Shown one piece after another: positions 12,436 to 24,836 of a stretch of 64,000 bases of DNA. The stretch is from assembly GCA_038087875.1 (NCBI GenBank), contig CM075987.1, positions 26,042,001 through 26,106,000 of the forward strand. The letters are read 5' to 3'. Each line of letters opens with the position of its first letter. Within the stretch, counting starts at the first letter, position 1. Both the position numbers and the translations under genes were made by a program. The notes beneath the pieces are model-generated. The model saw only the letters and a list, made by a program, of their open reading frames with translations, was not told the origin of the DNA and did no database searches. This DNA is from Malacoraja senta (taxonomy: Eukaryota).

Positions 12436-14799
12436 TCCCAAGTAGACTAGCGCTATCTACCCTACACACTAGGCACAATTTGTGATTTTTATAGAATTCA
12501 ATTAACCTACAAACATCCAAGTCTGTAGAATGTAGAGGAAACCGGCGCTTCTCAGAGAGCCATTGTTCACACATGGCTGACCTATAGTTGAGGCGGTTTA
12601 TGGTTAAATATTGTGTCCTCTTTTTTGTCAATTTATCTATACTTTTTATCGTAACTTATATGGACTTTAGAGAATCGGCACGGAAACAGGTCCTTCGCCC
12701 AACCGAGTCCACACCACCCATTGATCACACCATACACTAGCTCTAGGGACACTTTTACAGAAGCCTACAAACCTGCACGACTCTGGAGTGTGGGAGGAAC
12801 ACGGGTGAACAAGGAGGAGGACTGGCTGAACTGTGTTGCCTTCCCCAATGGTGAAGAACGCTGTGGTGGGTGTTTGTGTATTGTCTGTTCTTTTTAAGTG
12901 TAGCGCTGCTGGCAAATTCATTTCACTGCACCTTCGGGTTTCCTTGGGTTTTAGAAAGGCGCCAGTAAATAAAATGATTATTATTATTATTATTATTATT
13001 ATTATGTGACGAATAAAACTGACCTTTGACTTTGACTTTGAAACCGGAGCACCCGGAGAATACCCACGCAGGCCAAGGGGAGTCTTCGGAAAGAGTACCA
13101 ACTTGGTTATATTCCGATAGAATGAACAATGTGAAAAATGCCATCACGATTTTTAAATTTCTGTTTATGTGCCACCTTGTTTTCCAATTTGCTATTGGTA
13201 CGTGCTCCCTGCAGAAATGTTCATAATGGGTGGAGTAAGGAAAATATTATCTTCATTTGCTGTTGTTGACTTCAGCATCGAGGTTTATTTTTAGTCGCGT
13301 TATCGTGTTTCTAAGTTTTCATGTTGAACATTTTAAAAGCTTCCCGAGGGAAATGAGGCACATGTTAAAAGACGTTAGCTCAAATGGAGTCATTATAGAT
13401 TCAGGGTTGAACAAAGCACCAGGAGTATTGTAATATTCTGCGTCTTTATACATCTCTCCCTCTTCTCGATCTGTTTTCAAGAGGGAATTAGATTTAGCTC
13501 TTCGGGCCCAAGGGGTACGGGGAAAAAGCAGGAACGGGGTACTGATTTTAGATGATCAGCCATGGTCATATTGAATGGCGGTGTTTGCTCGAAGTACAGA
13601 GTGGTCTACTCCTGCACTTATTCTTCTATGTCTTTCTATGTTTCTATGATCATGCCACCTGTCACGATGACACTAACGCCTGTTCGAACGTAAGCGTGTA
13701 AGTGTCAGTAGTCTTCAGATCCTTAACTAAGTAATTGTCTTTGTGCCTGTGTTCAGCTGGCAGCTAACTTGGCAAGTCAAGGCATCGGGTCCGAATCAAA
13801 TCCCATCCTTAATTAATGCCCGCAATGAAGCATGTTTCAGTAACAGTCTTTGGAGAGCGAAAGAAAGAACAAGAATCCGAGATGATTTTTATCTTTGCTG
13901 GTTCAGTCGCCAGGCCAACTAATAAGCTGCCTGTGATTGACTTTAGCTGTACAAATCTGGGATACAGGAGTCGGGTTGGGGGGGGGGGGGGGGGAGCTTG
14001 GTAATATGTGTATGAAGTGTCATCTGCTGGTTTAAACTGCAGATGGACACGAAAAGCTGGAGCAACTCAACGGGTCAGGCGGCATCTCTGGAGAGAAGGA
14101 ACAGGTGGCGTTTTGGGGAGAGACCCTTTTACAGATTGAGAATCAGGGGAAAGTGAAATGAGAGATATAGAGGCTACATAGGACGAACTAATGAAGGATA
14201 TGCATAAATAAACAATGATCAAGCAAAGGTGGAGCCCACAAGAGTCCATTGTTGGCAGTGGGGTAGGCGATAACGGGTTTAGTTTAGTTTAGAGATACAT
14301 TCGGCCCATAGAGTCCACTCCGACCAGCGATCCCCACACACTAACACCATCCAACACGCACTAGGGACAATTTACAATTATCCCAACCCAATGGACCTAC
14401 AATCCTGCACGCCTTTGGAGTGTGGGGGGAAATCGGAGATCCCGGAGAAAAGCCACGCAGGTCACGGGGAAAACGTACAAACTCCGCACAGACAAGCGGC
14501 AATAGTCAGAATCGAACCCGGGTCTCTGGCGCTGTGAGGCAGCAACTCTACCGCTGCGCCACCGTGCCTTTCTGAGTTACACACACAGTGAAACTCAACA
14601 GGATGACAGTGAAACTAGTACATTGACGAGGGTGGGAGAGGGACTGAGAGCGAGAGGGGATGCAAGGTAGTATATTGGATAACATTTTATTAAATTTGCT
14701 GTGCCGCCAAGGTTATCATGTTTTAATTGTATTTTTACATACCGAGTGGGAACATTTATCTTACAACTTAAACTTTCATGGAATGGACTATATTTCACA

Positions 14800-15097
14800 C
14801 AGGGGCGGCACGGTGGCGCAGCGGTAGAGTTGCTGATCCTGACTACAGGTGCCGCCTGTACGGAGTTTGTATGTTCTCCTCATGACCGCGTTGGTTTTCT
14901 CCGAGATCTTCGGTTTCCTCCCACACTCCAAAGACGTACAGTTTTGCAGGTTAATTGCCTTGGTACAAATCTACCTGTAAATTGTCCCTAGTGCGTGTAG
15001 GATAGTGATAATGTGCGGGGATCGCTGGTCGGTGCGGACTCGGTGGGCCGAAGGGCCTGTTTCCAGGCTGTATCTCTAAACTAAACTAAACTAAACT
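14800..15097 (+). mobile_element. HE1-type SINE
   Basis: GGGCGGCACGGTGGCGCAGCGG head, V core, (CTAAA)4 tail. Confidence 0.9.
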
Positions 15098-15424
15098 ATT
15101 CTTGCAAGTAATTTTCATACTTTGAACGAGCATGTGTTGTATTGATCTTCTGTCACTGACGTGCCTGGTGATCGCCCTAATTGAGGGTCAATGGCATTGT
15201 CTTCCTACGCAACTGACTGCCATAGAAACTCGTTCAGACAGATGAGGGTGAATGTCGTTGCACGGAATAAGAACAGAGGAGAACAGTTTGGAATATTTAC
15301 GATGCAGTTAAATCTACTTTGTATCTTTAATCTCCAATTTTAACTTCATTGGTTATAGATGCGCTAGGAATATTTCTTACCGCACTAAAGACTACCCCCT
15401 TTTTTTTGTTTACATTTGATAGAT

Positions 15425-15925
15425 ACAGAGAAAATAGGTGCAGGAGTAGGCCATTCGGCCCTTCGAGCCTGCACCGCCATTCAATATGATCATGGCTGAT
15501 CATCCAACTCAGTATCCCGTACCTGCCTTCTCTCCATACCCCCTGATCCCTTTAGCCACAAGGGCCACATCTAACTCCCTCTTAAATATAGCCAATGAAC
15601 TGGCCTCAACTACCCTCTGTGGCAGAGAGTTCCAGAGATTCACCACTCTATGTGTGAAAAAGTTTTTCCTCATCTCGGTCTTAAAGGATTTCCCCCTTAT
15701 CCTTAAGCTGTGCCCCTTGTCCTGGACTTCTCCAACATCGGGAACAATCTTCCTGCATCTAGCCTGTCCAACCCCATAAGAATTTTGTACGTTTCTATAA
15801 GATCCCCTCTCAATCTCCTAAATTCTAGCGAGTATAAGCCAAGTCTATCCAGTCTTTCTTCATATGAAAGTCCTGACATCCCAGGAATCAGTCTGGTGAA
15901 CCTTCTCTGCACTCCCTCTATGGCT
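15425..15925 (-). mobile_element. CR1 LINE 3' fragment
   Basis: AIEGVQRRFTRLIPGMSGLSYEERLDRLGLYSLEFRRLRGDLIETYKI. Confidence 0.9.
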
Positions 15926-18661
15926 ATAATTAGCAACACACTTTAGTTTAGTTTAGAGATACAGAGTGGACACAGGCCCTTCGGCCCACAGAGTCCGTGC
16001 CAACCAGCGATCCCCGCGCACTGACACCATCCTGCACAAACTAGGGAAAATTTACAATTTTACTAAATCCAATGAACCTACAAACCTGTACGTCTTTGGA
16101 GTGTGGGAGGAAACCGGAGCACCCGGAGAAACCCCATGCTGTCACGGGGAGAACGTACAAACTCCATACAGACAGCACCCGTAGTTAGGATCGAACCCAG
16201 GTCCCTGGCGCTGTAGGGCAGTGACTCTACCACTGCGCCACCATGCCGCCCTTAGTAAATAGGAACTTGGCGTGAAAAGGTCTGAATCAAATCTTTGCAC
16301 TTTGAAAAAGCAAATTTAATATATTTCAACCAAACTAATCTAGTTTGATGGCAGGGGAGACATTGGTCGGTAGGTCAGTCTGCTATCACGGAAACCCATT
16401 ATATAGAGAGGTCTGTTAAAACCAGGGTAGACACAAACATCTGAAGAAGGGTCTCGACCCAAAACGTCACCCGTTCCTTCTCTCCAGAGATGCTGCCTGT
16501 CCCGCTGAGTTACTCCAGCATTTTTTGTGTATCTTCGGTGTAAACCAGCACCTGCCATTACTTCCTACTCTGTTAAAACGAGGAACGTATTGCTGAACAT
16601 GTAACATAGGTGGTTTATGGACATTTTGTTGATCGTGGGTGAAAAGCCATCATATAGCATGTTTTTTTTGTACTATACATGGAATAGTTTTGGATGAGTA
16701 TGAGTGATTCTAACAGTAGGTATTTGAGGCAAAAAACATTACAGAACCTGGAGAAAGATTCCATCACAACTGAAATGCATAAATACTGTCACTTACTGGT
16801 GGCAGGTGCAACGGGGAAAATATATTGCAGATGGTTAGATAAACAGATGGAATAATCTGAGAGGAATAGATCAGGTAAGATGCGTGGAATCTCTTGCCCA
16901 GAGTAGGGGAATCGAGGACCAGAGGACATAGGTTCAAGTTGAAGGGGAAAGATTTAATAGGAATCTGAGGGGTAACTTTTTCACACAAAGGGTGGTGGGT
17001 GTATGGGACGAGCTGCCGGAGGAGGTAGTTGAGGCTGGGACCATCGCAATGTTTAAGAAACCGTTAGACAGGCACATGGACAGGACAAGTTAGGAGGGAT
17101 TTGGGCCAAGCGCAGGCAGGTGGGACTAGTGCAGCTGGGACATGTTGGACGGTGTGGGCAGGTTGGGCGAAGGGCATGTTTCCGCACTGTATCACTCTTT
17201 GACTCTCGTTGATCTTGCTCATTGTATGAGATTGAAGCTTTCTTGTGTAATCCTTGTTACACAAAATAGCTCGGTTTTATTCACAAAAAGCTGGAATAAC
17301 TCAGCGGGTCACATGGCATCCCTGGAGAGAAGGAATGGGTGACGTTTCGGGTCAAGACCCTTCTTCAGACTGAGAGTCAGGGGAAGGGGAAATGAGAGAT
17401 AGATATAAAGGGGTTGCATCCCATCTCTCTCCATTCTAACCCCACCCAAGTCGTTGTATCGGTTTCAAAGTCATCTTGTTGAGTCTCATTGTCTGTAACT
17501 CGTTTTCACCTAACACACAGCTAACAACAGCCTGTTTCCTTTATCATCGTTACTTTTTTGCATATCTTTCGTTCATTGTTCTATATCTCTCTACATCGCC
17601 GTCTATATCTCTCGTTTCCCTTTCTCTGAAGAAGGGTCTCGACCCAAAATGTCACCTATTCCTTATCTCCAGAGATGCCGTCTGTCCCGCTGAGTTATTC
17701 TGGTATTTTGTGTCTATCTCCGGTTTACACCAGCATCTGCAGTTCCCTTCCTACAGGGTTAGGTTTTATAGATCCATCATCTTAATCTTATAAAATTATG
17801 ACTTTGCATTTGCAGTACAAATCAAAACTAACCTTACATTTTGTGCATTTCAATCGAAGGTTCAAAGGTCTTTTATTGTCATGTGTACCAATTAAGGTAC
17901 AGAGAAACTCGATGTACTCGAGTGAAATCAGAACCTTATCTTCCAGTTTCAGAAAGGAGGGACAATTTTGTATGCTGTGGTTTAATTATCTACAATTTTG
18001 AGTGCTATTGATTAAAAATGACAATGATTTATGGCACAAGATGAAAATGAGAGAGCTATTGAGTGGTTTTCATTTTGTTGCATTTCTGTGAATTTGTGAT
18101 GCACATCAATGTTTGGGAAAGAGGTAAAACTATTTCAAAGTACCATCAAGTACATTAAAAAAATGTTTAACCCGAAGATAGACACAAAATGCTGGAGTAA
18201 CTCAACGGGACATTTCTTCAGGTAGATGGGAAGTCAGGACCGCCCTCTAGCTGATGAGAGGGCCTTTCACTTGGCTGATAACAGCTGGGAAGAAGCTGTT
18301 TCTGGTGGGATGTGTTTCCAAACTTCTATACCTCTTGCCCAAAGGGTGAGGGGAGAAGAGGGAATGAGACTGGTCCTTGATTATGCTGGTGGCCTTGCCG
18401 AGGCAGCATGAAGTGTAGATGGAGTCAGTGGCAGGGAGGTTAGTGTATGCGTTAGAAGGAACTGCAGATGATGGTTTAAACCGAAGATGGACACAAAGAC
18501 AAAAAGCTGGAGTAACTCAGCGGGACAGGCAGCATCTGTGGAGAGAAGAAATTGGTGATGTTTCGGGTCGAGACGCTTCTTCAGACTGGTGTATGAAGAA
18601 CACAGTCTATGCGATGGTCTGGGCTACGTCCAGAACTCTCTGTAATTTCTTGCGGTCTTGG

Positions 18662-19191
18662 ATGGAGAGAAGGAATGGGCGACGTTTCGGGTCGAGACCC
18701 TTCTTCTGACTGAGAGTTGGAGGAGAGGGAGACTAGAGATATGGAAGGATAAGGTGTGAAAATGACAGATCAAAGTGGACGGTGATCAAGGAAATGTAGA
18801 ATGGTTCATTGTTAGCTGAGGGGAAGTTGATAACGAGGTATACAATCAGTAAAATATCAGAAACATTAATCAGGAGGACAGTGAAACTAGTTAGTGAACT
18901 GGGAAGGGCGAGGGATGGAGAGAGAGGGATAGCAAGGGCTACTTGAAAGTTAGAGAAATCAACATCCATACCGCTGGGGTGTAAGCTGCCAAAGTGAAAT
19001 GTTAGGTGTTGTTCCTCCAATTTGCGTTGGGCCTCACTCTGACAATGGAGGAGGCCCAGGACAGAAAGGTCAGTGTGGGAATGGGAGGGGGAGTTGGAGT
19101 GTTTGGCAACAGGGAGATCAGATAGGCTTATGCGGACTGAGTGGAAGTGTTCAGTGAAACGATCGCTGAGCCTGCACTTGGTCTTGCCCAA
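18662..19191 (-). mobile_element. Penelope-like element: GIY-YIG endonuclease C-terminal half plus 3' UTR
   Basis: GKTKCRLSDRFTEH...LPVAKH..SPSHS..LSVLGLLHCQSEAQRKLEEQHL.FHFGSLHPSGM, followed on the same strand by the hammerhead-bearing repeat. Confidence 0.85.
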
Positions 19192-19696
19192 AGATAGGAT
19201 ATATAGGAAAGTTTAACTCTGTTTTCTTAGTTTTCATGGAAGCCAAGTGTAACATCAAAGTAGTCAACTCGAATGTTTCTTCCCCCATTCTTAACCTTGC
19301 TGGAATTAAGGCAAGTTCAGTTCAGTTTCAGTTTAGTTTATTGTCATGTGTACCGTAGGTGCAGTGAAAAGCTTTAGTTGCGTGCTAACCAGCCAGCAGA
19401 AAGACAAGACATGATTACAATCGAGCCGTTCACAGTGTACAGATACCTGATAAGGGAATAACGTTTAGTGCAAGGTAAAGCCAGTAAAGTCCGATCAAAG
19501 ATAGTCCGAGGGTCACCAATGAGGTAGATAGTAGCCACAAAAGGGTGGAGTAACTCAACGGGACAGGCAGCATCAATGGAGAGAAGGAAAGGGTGATATT
19601 TCGGGTCGAGACCCTTCTTCAGATAGTAGACAGTAGTTCAGGGCTGCTCTGGCTGTGGTAGGATGATCCAGTCGCCTGATAACAGCTGGGAAGTAA

Positions 19697-20990
19697 AGGG
19701 CCTGTCCCACTTACCTGTCCTTGGCACGCAAATTACGCGACCTCGTGGTCGCGTTGAGGCGCACGGGCATCGTATGGGCTCGCGGGGCCGGTCCCACTGA
19801 GAAGCGCGGAGGGGTATGGAGTTGTGTGCGACATCGCGCGGCGCTCTGAAATTTTTGTAGCGAACAAAATCTTCGCGCGCCAACGTCCCTGTCGCGGAAC
19901 TGCCGGCCAAAGTGGGACAGGCCCAAGACCCTGGCGCGACGCAACATCTCACCTCCAACAGCAGCAGAAGCAGGCAAACGATCGCCGAGCTCGGCCTGGG
20001 GCTCACGGCCGTTGCGGTCCGGATCCGCCCCCACTTCTACTCCCAGAGCGGGGCCAAGAAAATTGAAGATGGACACAAAATGCTGTAGTAGCTTAGCGGG
20101 ACCGGCAGCATCTCTGGAGAGAAGCAATGGGTGACGTTTCGGGTCAAGACCCTTCTTTCAGACTGAAGAAGAGTCTCGACCCGAAACGTCACCCATTGCT
20201 TCTCTCCAGAGATGCTGCCGGTCCCGCTGAGTTCAAGGCCTGTCTCACGAGTCTGCGGTCATTGGCGGCGAAACGGGAAGAATCTACCGCTCCTGGGCCG
20301 CCATAGACCGCGCACTCGGTCAAACGCACAATTCCGGGGCCGTGCGGCGTTGTTCCCAAAAATATGTCCCTACCGCCCAGCCTCCGCCAGTGAGGCACGA
20401 GTGCGGCACGGCCGCCGCCACAGCCGCCGCCAGTGTGGCTCGATCGCCGTGCGTCGAACTTGCACCGCCACAGCCACCGCCAGTGTGGCTCGAGCGCCGT
20501 GCGTCGAACTTGCACCGCCACAGCCTCCGCCAGTGAGGCACGTGTGCGGCACGGCCGCCGCCACAGCCACCGCTACAGCGCCGCGATCAGGACGGCCGCC
20601 GCCACAGCCCCGCAGATCCAAAATGACGTCATCGCAGTCGGCCCGCCCTTTTTTTAACTTACCGCAAGCACGTGGGACCAGCCGTATTTAAATCACTCGG
20701 CCCCCGCGCAGCATCCGTGCGGCGCTCCCGTGGCATAGGCTCGGCGCTCGCGCCGTTGCCGTGCGGTCCACTCTACAGGCGAAGCCGCGCTTCACCGCCG
20801 ATGACCGCAACACCGTAAGACAGAGCCTTTACTCCTGCATTTTGTGTCTATCTTCAAATGACGTCACGCGCTCCAGACGGCTGTGCGGACGCATGATGAC
20901 GCGCGCGACCTTCGCGGGACCGTCGCGCCTCAACGCGACCACGAGGTCGCGTCATTAGCGTGCCAAGAACACGTAAGTGGGACAGGCCCT
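19697..20990. mobile_element. PIF/Harbinger-like MITE with about 65-bp TIRs
   Basis: TIR AGGGCCTGTCCCACTTAC..TTGGCACGC..CGCGACCTCGTGGTCGCGTTGAGGCGC at both ends; flanks TAA/TTA. Confidence 0.8.
20236..20828. mobile_element. Second GC-rich Harbinger-like MITE nested in the Penelope fold-back, with an internal minisatellite
   Basis: Imperfect TIRs AGGCCTGTCTCACG / CGTAAGACAGAGCCT interrupt GCTGAG-TTA-CTCC at TTA. Confidence 0.7.
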
Positions 20991-21124
20991 TTACTATCCC
21001 TGAATCTGAAAGTGTGCAACTGCACATTGTAGTTTCCGTACAAGCGGAGAACAGATCAACATGCTCCCACTGACAGTAACAACATGTGAAGTTAATTGAT
21101 GAGCCAATGTTAATGGGTTAGATT

Positions 21125-21380
21125 GAAGCTGAGACAGAAAGTTGCAAGTTCAACTCTTTACTCCAGAGATAAGCACACAATCTACGAAGTCACTCCATCA
21201 CCTTACAGCAGGAATGCTGCATAATAAGAGGGGCTGTCTTTAAGACTTTAAATCAAACTCTGATCAAGGAGACTCAGAAGATTTCATAGACTATTCCCCC
21301 AGAGAGCAAACAGGTTCTCACTCCGTGCTTCATCCAAAGCTACCAGACATATTGTCTGATTATTATCACACAGATGTTTC
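21125..21380 (+). mobile_element. Ancient Deu-domain SINE relic (SacSINE1/AmnSINE-like)
   Basis: CTGAGACAGAAAGTTGCAAGTTCAA..ACTCCAGAGA..AGCACACAATCTA and TCTGATTATTATCACA resemble the remembered Deu-SINE consensus. Confidence 0.55.
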
Positions 21381-22309
21381 GTTTAGTTTAGAGATACAGC
21401 GCGGATACAGGCCCTTCGGCCCACTGAGTCCGCGCCGACCAGAAATCCCCATACATTAACGCTAATCTACACACACGAGGGACAATTTGTAATTTGACCA
21501 AGGCAAATAACCTACAAACCTGTACGTCTTTGGAGTGTGGGAGGAAACCGGAGAAGGCCTACACAGGTCACGGAGAGAATGTACAAACACTGTACTGACA
21601 GCACCCATAGTCAGGATCAATCCTGGGACTTTGGCGCTACAAGGCAGCAACTCTACTGCGACATCCCCTGTTTTATACTGTTTTTTACTAAATAATAGTT
21701 TTTTTTGTTAATTACATTAAGTGCCTGCAAACAAACAAAAAATTGTTGCAATATTTCCAGTCGTTATTCTTTGATCAGACCTAGAATTTTCTATATATCT
21801 GAACTCTGCCCAACATACTTCAAGATAGACACAAAGTGCTGGAGTAACTCAGCGGGGTCAGGAGAAAGGTCCCGACAGGAGTCTGAAGAAGGGTCCAACA
21901 CAAAACACCACCTATTCCTTTTACTCTGTGGAATTCTCTGCCTCAGAGGGCGGTGGAGGCAGGTTCTCTGGATGCTTTCAAGAGAGAGCTAGATAGGGCT
22001 CTTAAAAATAGCGGAGTCAGGGGAAATGGGGAGAAGGCAGGAACGGGGTTATCGATTGGGGATGATCAGCCATGATCACAGTGAATGGCGGTGCTGGCTC
22101 GACGGGCCGAATGGCCTACTCCTGCACCTATTGTCTATTGTCTATTGTCTACTCCAGAGATGCTGCCTGACCCGCTGAGTCACTCCAGCACTTTGTGCCT
22201 ATCTTTGGTATAAGCCAGCATCTGCTGTTCCTTCCTATAAAATCTATTTAAACCTCCAGCAGAAAGGTTTATAGTTTTCTCAAACAAATACAAAATAACG
22301 TTAGTCTTT

Positions 22310-22560
22310 ACAGTGATCATTTTTTGCCTCCCACAGCCGTAGGATGCCCCAGCATTTTACAACCAATGAAGTACGCCTGTGAAATGCAGTAATTGGTGTA
22401 ATGTAGGCAGCCCAGCAGGCAATTTGCATGTAATAAGCTTCTAGCAAAAAAACAATGTCATAATGAGAAGATAATCTGTTTTTAAGGATGTTAACTAGAA
22501 CAATTAAATTGGACAGGAATGTGTGACTACAATTTCCTCTTTCATGAAGAGCAAAAGGGT
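22310..22560 (-). mobile_element. Ancient Deu-domain SINE relic, 3' part
   Basis: TTTACAACCAATGAAGTAC..GTAATGTAGG..CAATTTGC..ATAATGA..AGATAATCTGTTTT. Confidence 0.65.
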
Positions 22561-23984
22561 ACGGGCTCAATTCTAGAGCCTTTAATCAGAGGGTGGTGAA
22601 TCTGTGGAATTATATGCCACAGAAGGCTGTGGAGGTCAAGTCAGTGGATATTTTTAAGGCAGAGATAGATAGATTCTTGATTAGTGCGGGTGTCAGGGGT
22701 TATGGGGAGAAGGCAGGAGAATGGGGTTAGGAGGGAGAGATAGATTAGCCATGATTGAATGGTGGAGTAGACTTAATTGGCCAAATGGCCTAATTCTGCT
22801 CCAATCACTTATGTATGGCCTTATGACCTTAGGGTAAGGGACTTAAGAGGCAACTGAACTATCCTTCCAACAACTAGAGGCAGTCCTGAACTACCATCTA
22901 CCTCATCGGAGGCCCTCGGATTGTCCCTGATCGGACGTTACTGTCTTTATCTTGCACTAGATTGTTAAGGGTTTGGACACGCTAGAGGCAGGAAACATGT
23001 CCCCGATGTTGGGGGAGTCAAGAACCAGGGGCCACAGTTTAAGAATAAGGAGTAAACCATTTAGAACGGAGATAAGGAAAAAAAAATTCTCACAGAGAGT
23101 TGTGAGTCTGTGGAATTCTCTGCCTCAGAGGGCCGTGGAGGCATGTTCTCTGGATGCTTTCAAGAGAGAGCGAGATAGGGCTCTTAAAGATAGCGGAGTC
23201 AGGGGATATGGGGAGAAGGCAGGAACGGGGTACTGATTGGGGATGATCAGCCATGATCACATTGAATGGCGGTGCTGGCTCGAAGGGCCGAATGGCCTAC
23301 TCCTGCACCTATTGTCTATTTTCTATAAACGTTATTCATGTCATTCCCATATCATACATCTGTACATTGTGGATGGTTCGGTTTTTAATCATTGTCTCTC
23401 CACTGAGTGGTTAGCAGGCAACAAAAGCTCATCACTGTACCTCGGTACACGTGACAATAAACTAAACTGAACTGAACTCTCATTTGAGAGATGATACATT
23501 TTTGCTGGGACAACATTCCTCCACAGAGGGTCGAGGTATTTGTGCTCTTGAGTGGCACGGTGGCGCAGCGGTAGAGTTGCTGCCTCACAGCGCCAGAGAC
23601 CCGGGTTGGATCCTGACTAAGGTTGCTGTCTCTACGGAGTTTGTACGTTCTCCAAGTGACCTGCGTGGGTTTTCTCTGGGTGCTCCGGCTTCCACCCCCA
23701 CTCCAAAGGCGTGCAGGTTTGTAGGTCAATTGGCTTGGCGTAAATGTAAAAATTGTGCCTAGTGTGTGTAGGATGGTGTTAGTGTGCGGGGATCGCTGGT
23801 CGGTGGGCCGAAGGGCCTGTTTTTTGCGCTGTATCTCTAAACTAAACTAAAGATTTCTCCACATCGCCTGACGCAGAGGCAACATTTCCCACTGCGGCCA
23901 ATAGTGAGGGCAGCTTGCAATGATGGTGTTTGAGAAACACTGGGGGAATCCGAGTTGTAAGTTGAAAAAACATAAAGGACATTA

Positions 23985-24310
23985 TTTATTTTTTAATTTT
24001 TAATTTTTTTATTTTTATTAGAAGTAAGTACAATTGTATACAATCATATTTTCATAATACATTTTATGTACAGCTTCTTATTTTTTTAATTTTGTAATAA
24101 AGAAGAAAAAGAAAAATAAGTTAGATAATGAAGAATAGAAAAATGTGAGATATATAGTGTGTGAAAAAGAAAAATAGAGAGTGAAAGAAGAAAGTTAAGA
24201 AATAGAAAATAGAAGAAAAAGAGTAAAAGAAGAAAAGAGAAGAAAAAGAAAAGAGAAGTAAGGAGATCGTATTTATAAACTTGACCATTCTTCACCCAGT
24301 CACGGATTAG
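23985..24310 (-). mobile_element. L1-clade 3' UTR with poly(A) tail
   Basis: T-rich start then TTTATTAGAAGTA (CTTCTAATAAA on minus strand), as in the L1 tails near 33630 and 62535. Confidence 0.6.
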
Positions 24311-24836
24311 CTTTTCAAGGACATTAAAGGAGCAGATGGAAAAGTTTAGTTTTCTTCCGCAAAAGGACAAGAAGTGCTGGGGTAACTCAGCAGGTAAAGT
24401 GGCATCACTTCACCGAAGAAGGGCCTTCTATCCAGAGATGCTGACCTGCTGAATTACTCCAGCTTTTTGTGTCTATCTTCGGTTTAAACCAGCACCTGCA
24501 GTTCCTTTCTTACACAAGGAACTGCAGATGCTGGCATCATCCGAAGACACAAGGTGCTGGAGTAACTCAGCGGGACAGGCAGCATCTCTGGAGAGAACGA
24601 AAGGATGATGGGAGACCCTTCTTCCCACCCGAAGAAGGTACTGAAGAAGTTTCTTCGGGTCTGAAGATGGGTCTCGACCTGAAACGTCACCCATCCCTTC
24701 TCTCCAGAGATGCTGCCTGTCTCGCTGAGTTACTCCAGCATTTTGAGTCTATCAGCAGGTCCTTCCTGTACATTGAACAATGGTGCTCTTCCAATATCAA
24801 GCTTTCTTTAGAGTTTTCAACATCACCTATTCAAGT

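Larger units (their letters stand above)
19315..21020 (-). mobile_element. Rex1-type LINE 3' end hosting nested insertions
   Basis: GACAATAAACTAAACTGAA tail on minus strand; host sequence resumes after the inserts (AACAGCTGGGAAG...CTATCCCTGAATCTG). Confidence 0.65.

Noticed and set aside
14800..14870. tRNA genes suggested by A/B boxes at many sites
   Set aside because: All continue into the SINE body; no complete cloverleaf or terminator
20376..20615. CRISPR-like repeat-spacer array
   Set aside because: Spacers are themselves repeated and the array lies inside a TIR element
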